DNA of 60,579 nucleotides, counting the filler, from Globobulimina sp. (lineage: Eukaryota): NCBI GenBank assembly GCA_003354225.1. It is 14 parts of 14 records of this genome, joined end to end, with 100 filler letters (N's around TTAATTAATTAA, not from the genome) between each part and the next. Parts side by side here need not be neighbours in the genome. Positions count along the whole stretch, not along the records: positions 21,689 to 25,923 come from PIVH01001433.1; positions 26,024 to 30,258 come from PIVH01001434.1; positions 30,359 to 34,593 come from PIVH01001435.1; positions 34,694 to 38,925 come from PIVH01001436.1; 10 more parts are not named here. The stretch is one strand, 5' to 3'. A model generated the notes under the pieces. It saw only the letters and a program-made list of their open reading frames with translations, had not been told where the DNA came from and searched no databases. Positions 25,301 to 37,600 of the stretch are shown here, in pieces (within the stretch, counting starts at the first letter, position 1; each line of letters starts with the position of its first letter). Position numbers and translations under genes: made by a program.

Positions 25301-25856
25301 AGCATAAATCTAATGCAATCACTAAAAATAAGGTAGATTTCCATGATGTAATTATGGCTTTTTGCTTGATAATCGATGGGTTGTCGTCAATATGATATTT
25401 AAATATTTGCTTAATTTTAGAAATTAATAATTGAGAAACACTAAACACATCATATTGTTGTATACGATTATGATCAAGAATGAAAGATAATAAATCAATG
25501 GATTTCATTTTTAAATATGATTCTTCAGTATGTTTTGTTTTCTTTTTTTTTGCTTGTATAGCTTGCTTATTTTTAAATGTTAATACTAAGTTCTTTTGTA
25601 AAGGCTCAAATTTTATATTCCATACATATGCGATATTTGCTTGTTCATCAATATCGATACATTGTTTAGTCACTTTTGAATTGTCAATATCAATATATTT
25701 ATGATTGTATTCTAATTTATCTTTATTAAGCTCGAAATATTCATCATTTGAGACATAAATTAATATTGAATTTTCGCAACAATCTGTTACCCAATGATTT
25801 CCAACTGATTTGCATTTGACGCAGATATAATTGCCTGGTGTTGCCTTAGTTGGCAT
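22315..25856 (-). CDS. ~1156-aa multidomain protein: zinc knuckle + FMRP-like tandem Agenet + KH-like + Schlafen AlbA_2 (exons 25856-23995, 23923-22315)
   Basis: CVKCKSVGNHWVTDC; GHDIECKAKAKESQPFGWWHCTV..FYLIGYKGWD..LRP; LVLIGTKPQVSDAKMLI; YINLFLNEGSGGSIYFGVDEKGKIVG...FKPV..DLYVIVIHV. A 71-nt intron at 23924-23994 joins the two ORFs in frame. Confidence 0.8.
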
Positions 25857-26023
25857 GTTTCGTTATAAATAAGAACCAGCCCCAATATTTAGAAGTTTTA
25901 GTTACGAAATATTTTAAAAACTGNNNNNNNNNNNNNNNNNNNNNNNNNNNNNNNNNNNNNNNNNNNNTTAATTAATTAANNNNNNNNNNNNNNNNNNNNN
26001 NNNNNNNNNNNNNNNNNNNNNNN

Positions 26024-28286
26024 TATCAATTTATTCCTATCCAATTCGTCAATCTCTTCAAACTTATCCATATTTTCTGGTTTTCGGATCGCTGATAAGC
26101 TCACACTGATATTCTTCAACTTATTTTCATTTAATTTGCGATGGACATTACCTAAAACATCTTGATATGGATTAACAACAACTTCCTCCTCTTCCTCATC
26201 CTCTTCCTCATCCTCTTCATCCTCATCATCATCATCAAAAACAGGTTGGCACATTTTTTGTGTGGAATGCACCGAATTGCACGCAATTGTCATATCAAAT
26301 TGAAATTGAATATCTTCATTATTTTCATTATTAATAATAAATTGGATAATATCATTTGCAATGATTAAATACTGGATAATATCAGAAATATTATCATTTA
26401 TTATTGTCAATGGTTTGGTGATATGCATTGTCGGACATAATCGAGAATAAATATCAATTGCTCCAATTAATTCTTCTACTTTCTGCTTATTAATAATACC
26501 ATAGATTTTCGTGTGTTTCCTTAGAAAATCTTTAAATTCTACTTTGCGTTTATTAGTATCGATATCTTTTAACACAAATTGCAAACAATGTCGCACATAA
26601 ATATCAAGCAAATATTGCATAAATGGAAAATAATTGTTTTTAATGCCAATGGCCAGTCCATATCCAAATGAATGATCTGTTAATATTTTTTGACCAAACA
26701 CTCCATCACATTGCGACATATATATTCTTTGTGTCTGATCCAAATCATTTTGACTTAAATCATAATCAATTTCAAATACTTTATCTTGATACAAATACTT
26801 CTTTAAAAATATATTTGTCACTGATAAATGCGTCAATGCGTCATTCCCATATTTTATTCGTGCATCAAACCCAAACTTATAACAATGTTGTAATATTTTA
26901 AACATTTCCAACTTTTCTTGCTCTTTATTCAAAATAACATTTGTATTAAATGGGAAATCATCGGTAAAATCTGTCACCGCACACTCCAACGGATCTGCAT
27001 TTATTCCCAATTCGTCTGCAACCCCATCATCATCATAACCATTCTCGTCGCACCATTCGGCAAATAATCCATTCTCTGCTTCATTGTCATCCCGATAGTA
27101 ATTTGAATCTTCGCCTCTCATAGTTTCAATAATATGCACCCAATGCTTTATCAATGCCTTCAATCACAGCTGTTTAGCAAAAAAAAATGTGTTATATGCA
27201 AAATGAACAAATGAAGAGCAATATTCTTAACTGCTGTCGCTCTCATCGCCATCACCAATGATGGGAGTAACTGCAAGCTGTGACTGCAATGGATCAATTT
27301 CTTTCTGTTCTGGATCAATAATAGGAGTAAATGCAGTGGCTAACGGTCCAAATTCCTGTGGTCCATTGTTAGCAACTTCTATTGGAGTAATATTGCCGTT
27401 GTTTGTTTTTTTAACCGATTGCTTTCGGGGAAGAAAAGAATTTGATTCTTGTCGACTGAATGATTCACTTAAGTCAATTGGTGACAGTGCTGCTGCAAAA
27501 GTGGAAGATTGACTGTTTAACACATTGTTATTAATACTGTGCGCATCAACTATTTATAATGAATAGTAAATAATATATGCCATATTTTATATACCTATGT
27601 ACTGCTTAACATGTTTCGATCGATTCTTCTTTTTTACTGCCGATAGCAAATTCATTTTGTGTTTGATTTGTGTTTGGTGATTCTGAATGTGTAGGTTTGC
27701 TGTTTGTGATTTCACCAATGTTCGTTTTTGGTATATTTGGTGTATTTGGTTTAAATTTATTCTTATTTGTAGAAAGTGGAGAGATGGGAGTGAGTGGTAA
27801 TGAGTTAATATTGCTCGATCGATGAGAATGTGCAGAGCTGTTAAACGACGATGGCAGCCATGTTACTTGTGATGGTTCCTTATTACGAGAGATATTTACA
27901 TTTAATGTGGTTGCCGACGGCGTTGATGTTGCCGGCATATAAATGGGTATAGGTGGTGTTTCTGGAAATACATTGTTATAATTTGTTTGTTTTTGTTGTG
28001 TTTTGGGGGTATTTATATTTTCGTTCATTTGCATTTGATGATGTTGGAATTGTGCGTGATATCGCCTTTGAAGTTGGTCATAAGAGTTTCTTTCGTGAAT
28101 AAAAATTGCTTGTGCACAATTTAATTGCTGTTGGCACATTTCAATTACTGATTTGCCATAAGATGAATAAACACGTGATTTCTCCGTGCTTATTCTTTGT
28201 TGTAAGCCCGTAATTTGTCTATGTGAAACCGCTAGAATTTGTTTGCTTAATTCCAAATCATCTGCTGTGATTACCGGGAGTGGCAT
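26024..28286 (-). CDS. Hypothetical protein, 3' truncated (introns 27550-27610 and 27170-27231; +1 frameshift at ~27128)
   Basis: Two GTTAAG..AG introns of 61 and 62 nt link three ORFs. The third exon reads IDKALGAYY and then needs +1 to continue ETMRGEDSNYY..FAEWCDENGYDDD. Confidence 0.6.
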
Positions 28287-28462
28287 TGTCACAGACTCAC
28301 AGATAAAAAACTCTAATCAAACTCTTATTTTTTAAAAAAACATCTTTTAGTGAGTCAGTCGACCATTGCAACGCTAACGTTGTTAAATCAGCAACAACAA
28401 ATCACAAATTAATTATCTATAGACACTTTATTCAAATTAGTTGACCATTAAATTGATTAAAA

Positions 28463-30207
28463 ATGAAAATCAATTCCTACGTATCATCGTCGTTTCTATT
28501 GTTTTTATCAATATTTTTCATTGAAACAACAGTAATTGATGCTACCGGTCCATCAAGAACAGGCCCAATCGATATATCATTCAACAACATATCTGATTAT
28601 TATTACAACCCAGAAAGAATATTATTTGTATTTAATCGAACGTGTGCTCAGCAATTACGAAATGGCACAGAAGATGAAGACACTCAAAATAAAATAGAAG
28701 AAGTTATTCAAAACATTGCCATGGTGTATCAAATGTGTCTCCGTCTCACAAACAATTCACACAATGTAACACATTATGATACACCAAAATATTCCTTTGC
28801 TTTTTTCGATATATTTTGTTCATATTACTCACTAAATCAAGGTGAATATAGCAATATAACCATTGACTATAACGATCTCTGTATCGTGTACATTATGTAC
28901 GAACCACTATACAATGCCTCCCAATTAGAACCAGAAACACTTCCCTCAGACGGTCCAGAATTTGCTTGTATGCGCTTAAACACTGCATATTATAAATCGT
29001 ACGGAATGGATTTCTTAGACTCTGATACTATGGATTATTCCTATTCCTATCCACAATTTACAGATGAAAACATTGCCAACCAACACAAAATTGATTTACA
29101 CATTTTAGGTATTACACATTTTTGGGTAGTACACAGTTTTTGAACTAACTTTGCAAAATGTAAAAATATCTAGACAGTGGCGTCCAGTCCGACCATGTCG
29201 AGTTTTATCCATGGCAAGTTATCCACGCTATGGGTGATGGGCCAGCTACCTATGAGAATAAATATGGCGACCACGGCACTCATGTGGCTGGAATTGCAGG
29301 GGGCAGAAATTATGGCGCTTCGCGTAATTTCACCATCTATGATTATCGTGTCTGCGAATTCATTAATTCGCAAGAAATGCCGTGTTATGGTCACAAGATA
29401 TTTGAAGCATTGTTCATGGTTTGGAGTCGAATAAAAAAGAGTGGCAAACCGGCAGTTATTAATTTATCGCTTGGCGGCAGGAAACCAACACCCGCCGAGG
29501 ATGCGTACCATTTTTATTTCGAAGAGATTATCGCCGTCGGCGGCATTCCTGTGGTGGCCGCCGGCAATGACAATGACGATGCCTGTTACACATCGCCTGC
29601 CTACTCGACGAACGCGATTACAGTTGGGAGCTATGATAGGTTCAGAAAGAAGTCCATTTTCTCCAATTGGGGCACTTGTGTAGACATTTGGGCGCCGGGC
29701 ACGTCGATATTTTCTGCGGTTGCGAGTGGCAAAGATGATCGATATGAATACAAACAAGGCACATCGATGGCAGCTCCGTATATTACGGGTATGGTCGCAA
29801 ATTTATTGTATGTGAACCCAGAAATGCGATTTGAAGATATAAAAACGTTATTATTGGCGCATACGAAACCGGTGAAAGGCGGAGTGTGTGCGGACGAGTT
29901 CGAGTGTAGAAGAGCGCAATATATCTGTGATTCGGCCTTGGTTTATGATTTGCCGCATATTTGGACTACGCTGGAGATTGTTTTGGTTGTGTTGGGATTT
30001 GTGGCTGTGTGTGTTTTGGCGATGGTGTGTATGTGGGTGGTTTGGAAAAGGAAGAGCAAGGATGAGGATGAGTATAGAGATAACAAGTGGCAGTATGATC
30101 AAGATGCATATGATGGAAATAAGAAACAAACAGAAGTGCAACATATAAATCCGAATACTGACGGAAATATAACACAACAACAATATATTACTGCTGTTGA
30201 CGCATGA
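28463..30207 (+). CDS. Membrane-anchored subtilisin (S8, proteinase K-like) with intron 29109-29173
   Basis: Signal peptide, the spliced Asp motif HILDSGV, HGTHVAG, VVAAGN, GTSMAAP and a C-terminal TM. Confidence 0.95.
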
Positions 30208-30358
30208 CACACGACACGTGAATGTAAAATAGATTTCTTTTTTTATCTTGCTATATTCNNNNNNNNNNNNNNNNNNNNNNNNNNNNNNNNNNNNNNNNNN
30301 NNTTAATTAATTAANNNNNNNNNNNNNNNNNNNNNNNNNNNNNNNNNNNNNNNNNNNN

Positions 30359-30619
30359 GCAAACATTAATGGCACAGAATATTCCAATTACAGAGCAGTT
30401 GGAAATCACGGATATAATAATTCTAATAAAGAAATGCTTGGTATATTATTTGCTGCCGGACCTTCTTTTAAATCTGGGTATCAAATGGAGCATAAAATTG
30501 AATCGATAGATTTATATCCTCTGTTTTGTGAGCTGTTGTGTGTGGAACCAAATATAAATGCAAATGGGTCCATTAAGTTCACCCAGCAGATGTTGTCAAT
30601 ATCAATAGCAAACAAATAA
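30359..30619 (+). CDS. C-terminus of an ENPP/type I phosphodiesterase
   Basis: GNHGYNN..EMLGILFAAGPSFK..IDLYPLFCELL..NGS; 5' truncated. Confidence 0.85.
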   Translation, partial: ANINGTEYSNYRAVGNHGYNNSNKEMLGILFAAGPSFKSGYQMEHKIESIDLYPLFCELLCVEPNINANGSIKFTQQMLSISIANK

Positions 30620-30811
30620 CTCTAAACACTTTTCACTTAAACATTTGCTCTCATTCAACTCTTTCCTTTACAAGCTTCTCATATTTTCTTTTAATTTCCC
30701 ACCAATATCATCACTCGATTATCATCACTCGCCTTCTTATCAGTATTATTGGTATATTTTGCCAGTGCCAACTTATCGACGAGGGAGTGGTTATCTATCT
30801 GAATATATCGT

Positions 30812-30862
30812 TTAGTCAATCACAAAAGAAGTGTTTAGAAGTATGAACCTACAAAGTCAAGT
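30812..30862 (-). repeat. Solo copy of the terminal repeat of the 51774-51920 element
   Basis: ttagtcaatcacaaaagaagtgtttagaagtatgaacctacaaagtcaagt is the reverse complement of 51774-51824 with 3 mismatches. Confidence 0.85.
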
Positions 30863-30950
30863 ATAATACTTTAGAAGATAAAGAGGAATTCCTGTTTCAA
30901 ATTATTCATGTTCTAAAGTATAGAGCATGAAAACTTTTGTCCAATAAGTT

Positions 30951-33900
30951 TTGTACCCTTTATGGGATAAAACCACAAAAACAGTATCTATCAAACCACT
31001 CACTCCCACAGTTACATTAAATGTGAATTTCAAGACAAGTTGTGATGACATTAATGATTTAGAAAAAGTATTTGGTGGCGTTAAGAGTTATATTAAATTC
31101 AAGCAATTAATGAATGGTCATCAGAAGCGTTACATATCATAAATTATCCAAATACATTCCAAGCTTATCCTGGAGTGAATGTCACATATTTTATAACAGA
31201 TTTAACATTTTCTCAACAAAATTGGGCCAAGGTATTAACAAATGGATATTTGACAGCGCAGGATCCGGTGACTAAGAAATGGAGGAATTACACTGATGAT
31301 AATATTGTTGATGCAAATATGCAACCACCACAAATATGGCCATGGCAACAGATTATAAATCAGAATGTCACAATTAATGGAAAACCGCGCATGGAAAGAC
31401 TATGGTTATTGAATGGCTTAAGAGTGACATCCACATTGTTAACTGCGTTGGTTTGGGCTGCAAATGGTTTCGTTTATTTTCTATACTTTCTGTTATATGT
31501 TGTGTGTTTAATTGTAATTGTATACAAACAGAAATCGGGGATCTAACACCAGCGTATAATTTCACTGCATTGGACGCGACATTGATATTCAATTTGAAAT
31601 GGGACAAACCATTATTAGGAATTCCATTTAATGGCACATTATCAGTTGAAATGGGATATGGTATTACGAATGGAACATGTTACCAAACATCAATTGGACC
31701 TCCAGAACATAATGAAACTGTGATATTATCATTTTATTTTACTGATTTGGTTGGGAATGGGACTGTTGAGTTGGAATCCAATTCAAATAATATATCATTA
31801 GCAATTCAAATTACTGATTTTAACACAACCGCAGTGCATCCAGTTTTAATTAGACCCAAATTACCTTTGCCAGCCGATGTGATTGAAAAAATGATGCAAA
31901 TGTTAATAAATGCTTCAATTCCTTTGATTAATTCATATTTATTGCAGCATACAATGGTAATTCCAAGTAATTATTCTCAATGGATCCCGAATCCGCAGTT
32001 AACATTGATTCATCAAAGTGGATGTTGTAACGGAACACATGGATATATGCAATTTTATAGTTTATGCAGCTGCGATGAAAAGAATCCATTGTGGTCGCCA
32101 TGTTCAAATTTGCCGTGTTCGCCAACACCAAAACCAACAACAAAACCAACAATACAACCAAGTAAACCAACATCGGTTGCGGTGGCATTACCAATTAATA
32201 ATATCATCAAAGCGCCTGTTATAATTATTTCAGATACGAATATACCAAAAAATAATCAAATATGGATGAATGTATATAGTTTAAGTAAGAATACAATTGC
32301 AAAGCATGCGTGTAATTATATGGATGTATTTGATGTTGCTGCGATGAGATTAATTAATGATACCAAAGGGCAGTGTGTCGTGTTGTCCCCACTGTTATCA
32401 ACTGCCACACGATATTATTCATTGAAAATGTCACCACCAAACACCATACAAAGTATCAAATTGTTATGCAATGCAGGATGTAATGCATGTAAATGGCCAC
32501 CGTTTGGCGAAAAGATTGAATTGAATGTATGTTATGAGTTTACCTATGTATCGAATGTGATGTTATTGGAATCGTCTCCTCGTCCATGTATTGGTGGTAA
32601 TTTATTAAAATCATCAATTAAAAATAATAAGAATGTAATCGTTGTCACATATAATGGTTCTGCAAAATGTGAAAATTCCACATTAGTCACAGTACAAAAT
32701 ATGGGCAATATCTTGGATAAATGCGTCGAATCAAATACGTCAGGAACAATTAGCACACTCCAACCGATTGGAACTGCAAATGGAACGTTATATAATTTGG
32801 GAATGAATTGTGATAAAAATTGCAGTGAATGCAGTTCAATGTATGTCAATAAAAAATATGACACATGTTTTGATACTTCGACTTTGCTTAAAATTGCATC
32901 GAAACGGTTTATGTTCGGGTATGATTCCGATGTTTGTGGTAATACAGAAAGTAATGATGAATCCAAATCAGTTGAAACCATACCAATCTTATCATCAATC
33001 ATTATTTTTTTGTTTGTGGTTATAATTGCAATGATAGTGTATGCAAAACGAGTGTTCCTCGTCGCTCAATGCAATGATAAATGTTCCTGTGAGCCGTGTA
33101 AAAGATTGATAGCAAATATTGATTGTTTGTTTTTGCAGCAATTCTTTTTGTGGATTGTTCAGCGATTACTATCTTTTAAAAATTATATCATTGTTTGTTT
33201 TGGAATTAGTTATAATCCGACAAATATTTATAAGCAATTATCAGACAGATTGAAATTACACAATTTATTGTTATTTGTTGCTACGATATTTATATTTATT
33301 CAATTAATTGCATGGATTTGTCAATCTCCGTGGGAATTATTTGATTCTTCGTCATTTGAAAATATTGGTATCCCTTCAGATGCGTTGGATATTACAGATT
33401 TAGAAATTGTTTTAACTGATTGGCAAAATGACGCAGAAATATATTTTGAAGCATTTGGTGGATTTATTTTATTTTTGTTGTGTATTCGTTTTATTTGTAT
33501 TGGCAAATGTTGCGGATGTGAATGGTATGAATTTCGCGTTTTATTATTAGGCATTTATATTTTATTTGTGTTTATGGGCATTTATTTACTGTGTCCGACA
33601 TATTATGAATTTGCGAAATCAGTTAAATTGAATGCAAACAATCAAAATGCATTTACAGGTTCATCTGCTGTGGAAGCTACGGTCAATGATTTGATTGGAT
33701 ATTCCTTTGTTGGCGTCTTTTTATCTTATTTTTCAAATATGTTATTATTTTGGATGTATTCCATTCCTGTCGGTGTATACTTTGCCAGTTTATTTTATGT
33801 ATATTTCTTATTTGAATCTGACGATATTGATGTTGAGCAAAATGAAGAAGTGCCGGTTATAAATTGCAAACAAAAATGCATGAAATTCTCAAATTTGACA

Positions 33901-34593
33901 TTAAGAAATATTTTCAAATATAATGGATTGTCCAAAGACGTGAAATCAACGATGATTGCAAGAATTATTGTGATTGTATTTTTATTGCAAGCGATGGCTT
34001 CGTGTGTCGAGTCATTGCCTGTTGTCATTATGTATCAATCATTTGGAAGCAACATCGGATGGATCATGGCATGGATATTATGGTGGATCATTCCAATGTT
34101 TTTATTATATCATTTATGGTGGATTTGTAATCAGTATATTAAACTGTTAAGAAATGAGGAAAATGTCAGATTCACTCCAAAACAATGTCAAACGCATTCA
34201 ATTTTGAATGGAATCTCGGAATTGACATTATTTATTCTGGTGATGGTTGTTAGTATCATCTCCGAGTCAAATAAAACAAAGATTGCGGTCTGGTTTCTTA
34301 TTTTAACGTGTTTGACGGCATTGGTCATTTCATTTATTTTTTGGATATTTGTGTTGCATTTCATGTTTATGAATACAAAAAAAGTTAATATCAATTCAAA
34401 TTATAACATAATGAATGAAAATGAAGAAGAAAAACAAGAATCAATATCTCGATCTGATACAGCTTCAACAACATTAACTTGTTCACCAGACGCAGACTGT
34501 GTCGTTAATTGTATTGATACCGCATCATGTGCATTTACGCAAATTCATGGTCCAATCAATAATACACTAACAATCAATTGCAGAGGAAACTCT
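30951..34593 (+). CDS. Large membrane protein: BPI/LBP(TULIP)-like domain, Cys-rich ectodomain and about 9-10 TM helices; partial
   Basis: Intron 31467-31531 joins WAAN-E-IGD, and there is a frame break near 31095. LINASIPLINSYLLQHTMVIP..PNPQLTLIHQ..GYMQF resembles a BPI C-terminus. Many hydrophobic segments follow 32980. Confidence 0.6.
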
Positions 34594-34695
34594 NNNNNNN
34601 NNNNNNNNNNNNNNNNNNNNNNNNNNNNNNNNNNNNNTTAATTAATTAANNNNNNNNNNNNNNNNNNNNNNNNNNNNNNNNNNNNNNNNNNNNGT

Positions 34696-37600
34696 GGCGG
34701 TGCACACCATGGTCATAATCATGGTTTTAACGTAAATAATTTGAATTTAAATTTAAATTTAAATGGTAATTTAGGTGCTTCCTCTCACGGCGTGGCAGTG
34801 GCAGGAGGTGGTGGTGGCGGTGCTGTCAATAATCGAACTTCTCGCTCGCATCATAATACACCAAATCCACACTCCCATTTACAGCAAACAACTACATCCC
34901 CATTAACCCCACACTCTGTGCACACCGCACGGACTACCATCAATTCGCCGCACTCTGTGCATTCCTCGCATACACCGCATACACCACACTCAATGAATCA
35001 CGCATTCCCACGGTTTACACCCTACAAAGCACAAACTGCGGTATCTACCACCTCTTCCTCTCAATACTCGCAGCATTCATGGAATCAACAACAGAAATCA
35101 CCCAATAACTCTTTAAAAGAGTCAGCCGGCAAAGAGTCGCTCGCCATGTCCGCCAATAACAAATTATCTCCAAATAACCGCAAAGAAGAGAGGAGCGAAA
35201 GAAATGAATTAGATGTGGATGATAATGAAAGTGACGAGAAATTGGTGGTAGTCGGTGACAAACATTTAGTTCAAGTGCAGGTGCAAGTGCCTGTGGTGGC
35301 AATTCGCAATAAAAGCAAAAGCAAACCGTCATCGAGCCAATCACCCAAAGCCAGCTCTACTTTTATAAATTCTGCGCCGCGATTAAATTATGACTCTGAG
35401 GGCTTGTCGGCAGCCGATGTGGAAGAGGTATTGTCGCAGTTAGAGATTCGGCCCGATACATTACGTGATTCATCCACTGATTTTCGTCCAGTATTTAGTT
35501 GTATTCGTCCCATTGTGTGCCATAAATCGAATACCCCCTTTTATGCACAGTGTAGTACCGCAAAATTAGGTTATTGTACATGGTGTCGACAGTTACGAAG
35601 AGGGAATCAGAAGCAAGGCAGCATTTGCTTGAATTGTGGAGAGCGACTAACTGCAAAATATCATCGATGGTATCCACATTTAGTACGATTGGAACCGTTG
35701 GAAAAGACCAGAACAAAATCAATGTATATTCGTTATAAGCCGGTATTTGAACGGTTTGGTATTACCTGGCATAATGATAAACAGTTTGATTTTGTGATTG
35801 ATCATTATATGTTGATGAAGATTTATTTATCGACCGAGAATTTCAACATTGATCCATTACACTTAGAAAGGACTTATATGATCGGCGTGTTTGCCGGGCG
35901 GGAATTTAATACCGGGGCCTTGGCGAGAAAATTACTACGAGAGGGCACAAAATTGGCCATGTTTCGCGCAGATTTTCCAGATTATTATGACTTTTTACGT
36001 GACGAAAGAGCCGCAGTCGCCGAACAAATGAACTTGCGCTTCTTTCAAGGCATTTATAAATGTTATTTCCATGCACATTACACGAACATTGAGGGGTGGT
36101 ATGACCCTTCGGTTATATCGCGAGAGTCCATTATCGAGACATTTAAAGAATTATGCAATACAATATTAGCGCATACGGCATTAGCTCATATCAATCAAAA
36201 TCAAAGTAATGTGAATGAAAAAAACACGGTGGTGGATGATAACGGTAATAATGGCAATAACCATCGGACTATAAATGGTGCTCGCAAATATACAAAAAAA
36301 CAGCATAACAATAACAAACATAATAAACAGAGACATAATAACAATAAACAAAGGAATAAAAACCATAATCATATTCATAATAATATTCAACAACAATTAA
36401 ATAATAATACAATGCAACAACAACAGCAACAACAACAGCAACAGCAACAGCAACAACAACAGAATATTATTACGTTGACGCAGGCCAATAATATGCAACA
36501 ACAACTCCATAACACAATGAATATGATACCAAATGGAATGAATATGGGCATCGCAAACATTTATAATACCAATCCGATGAATCCAATGAATCCCATCAAT
36601 CAAATAAATGCCATTAATAATCAAATAAATAATCAACAGCAGCAGCAACACATCAATAATATGAATAATATGAAAGAAAAAGAGAATAAAAACAATCAGT
36701 TATTAGCTGCTACCCAGTCAATGTTGAATGAGATTTCTGCCATGCCGCCCATTAATCAGTTATCGGTGACCAATATGTCTGCCATTACACCCATTGGCAA
36801 AGTTAAAACCTTTCAATTTAACAATCCAGCCAATTCCACACCGACCACCTTAATTCGCAGCAACTCCCAAACGCAGATATCTCCCGCTTACCTCCCCCCA
36901 TTAGCCACCACACCGCGGTTTACTGTGCCTACGCCGCGAGCCGCTGTACCAAATATGAATAATCAGCAGTATCATTTATTAAATATAAATAATACCTCTC
37001 CCATTCAAATGCAAGCAAATGGCAGTAATCCACCCTCAGTCTCCATGTTATCTGCCAATAATTTACAAATTCCTACCTCTATGCTAAAGAATACCAGCGG
37101 CGGTGGTCACAGTACGAGTAACAGCACGAGTCATAGCCATAGCCACTCCCACTCGCATACCCACAGCAACACCAACAGCAACAGTAACAGTCATAGTAGT
37201 AATGGTAAAAAAGAGGAAAGCTCTGGATTAGATAAGAAAAACGATGATAAATTAGCTACACCAAAATCGAAATCGGCTTCAAAAAAGAGCAAAAAAATCA
37301 GTATTAATGGTAGCAAGAATAACTCGTTAAATGCAGGCGCCGCACCATTTTTATTAAACACATCGAGTGTGATGTCACCGCCAATCTCTCCACGCAATTT
37401 TGCGCGAAATAGATTTGTGGCGCCTCCACCGCCGCAATCATTTGCTTTTCCACCACCGCCATTGCCGCAAACTACCAATTGGTTGCCAGTTCCACCGGTT
37501 GTAAATAATAATAATCATCACCACGCACATCGTCATCCACACCATCACCATGCGCATCATCATCAACAGCAACAGCAACAACATCACCATCAACAGCAAC

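Noticed and set aside
27606-27640. Apparent frameshift in the A6 run before the 27606 stop
   Set aside because: A 61-nt GTTAAG..TAG intron (27550-27610) joins the frames with no shift.
31402-31531. Listed start of the 1079-aa ORF (MVIEW..)
   Set aside because: This part is another frame of the upstream exon plus intron 31467-31531, so the apparent signal peptide is spurious.
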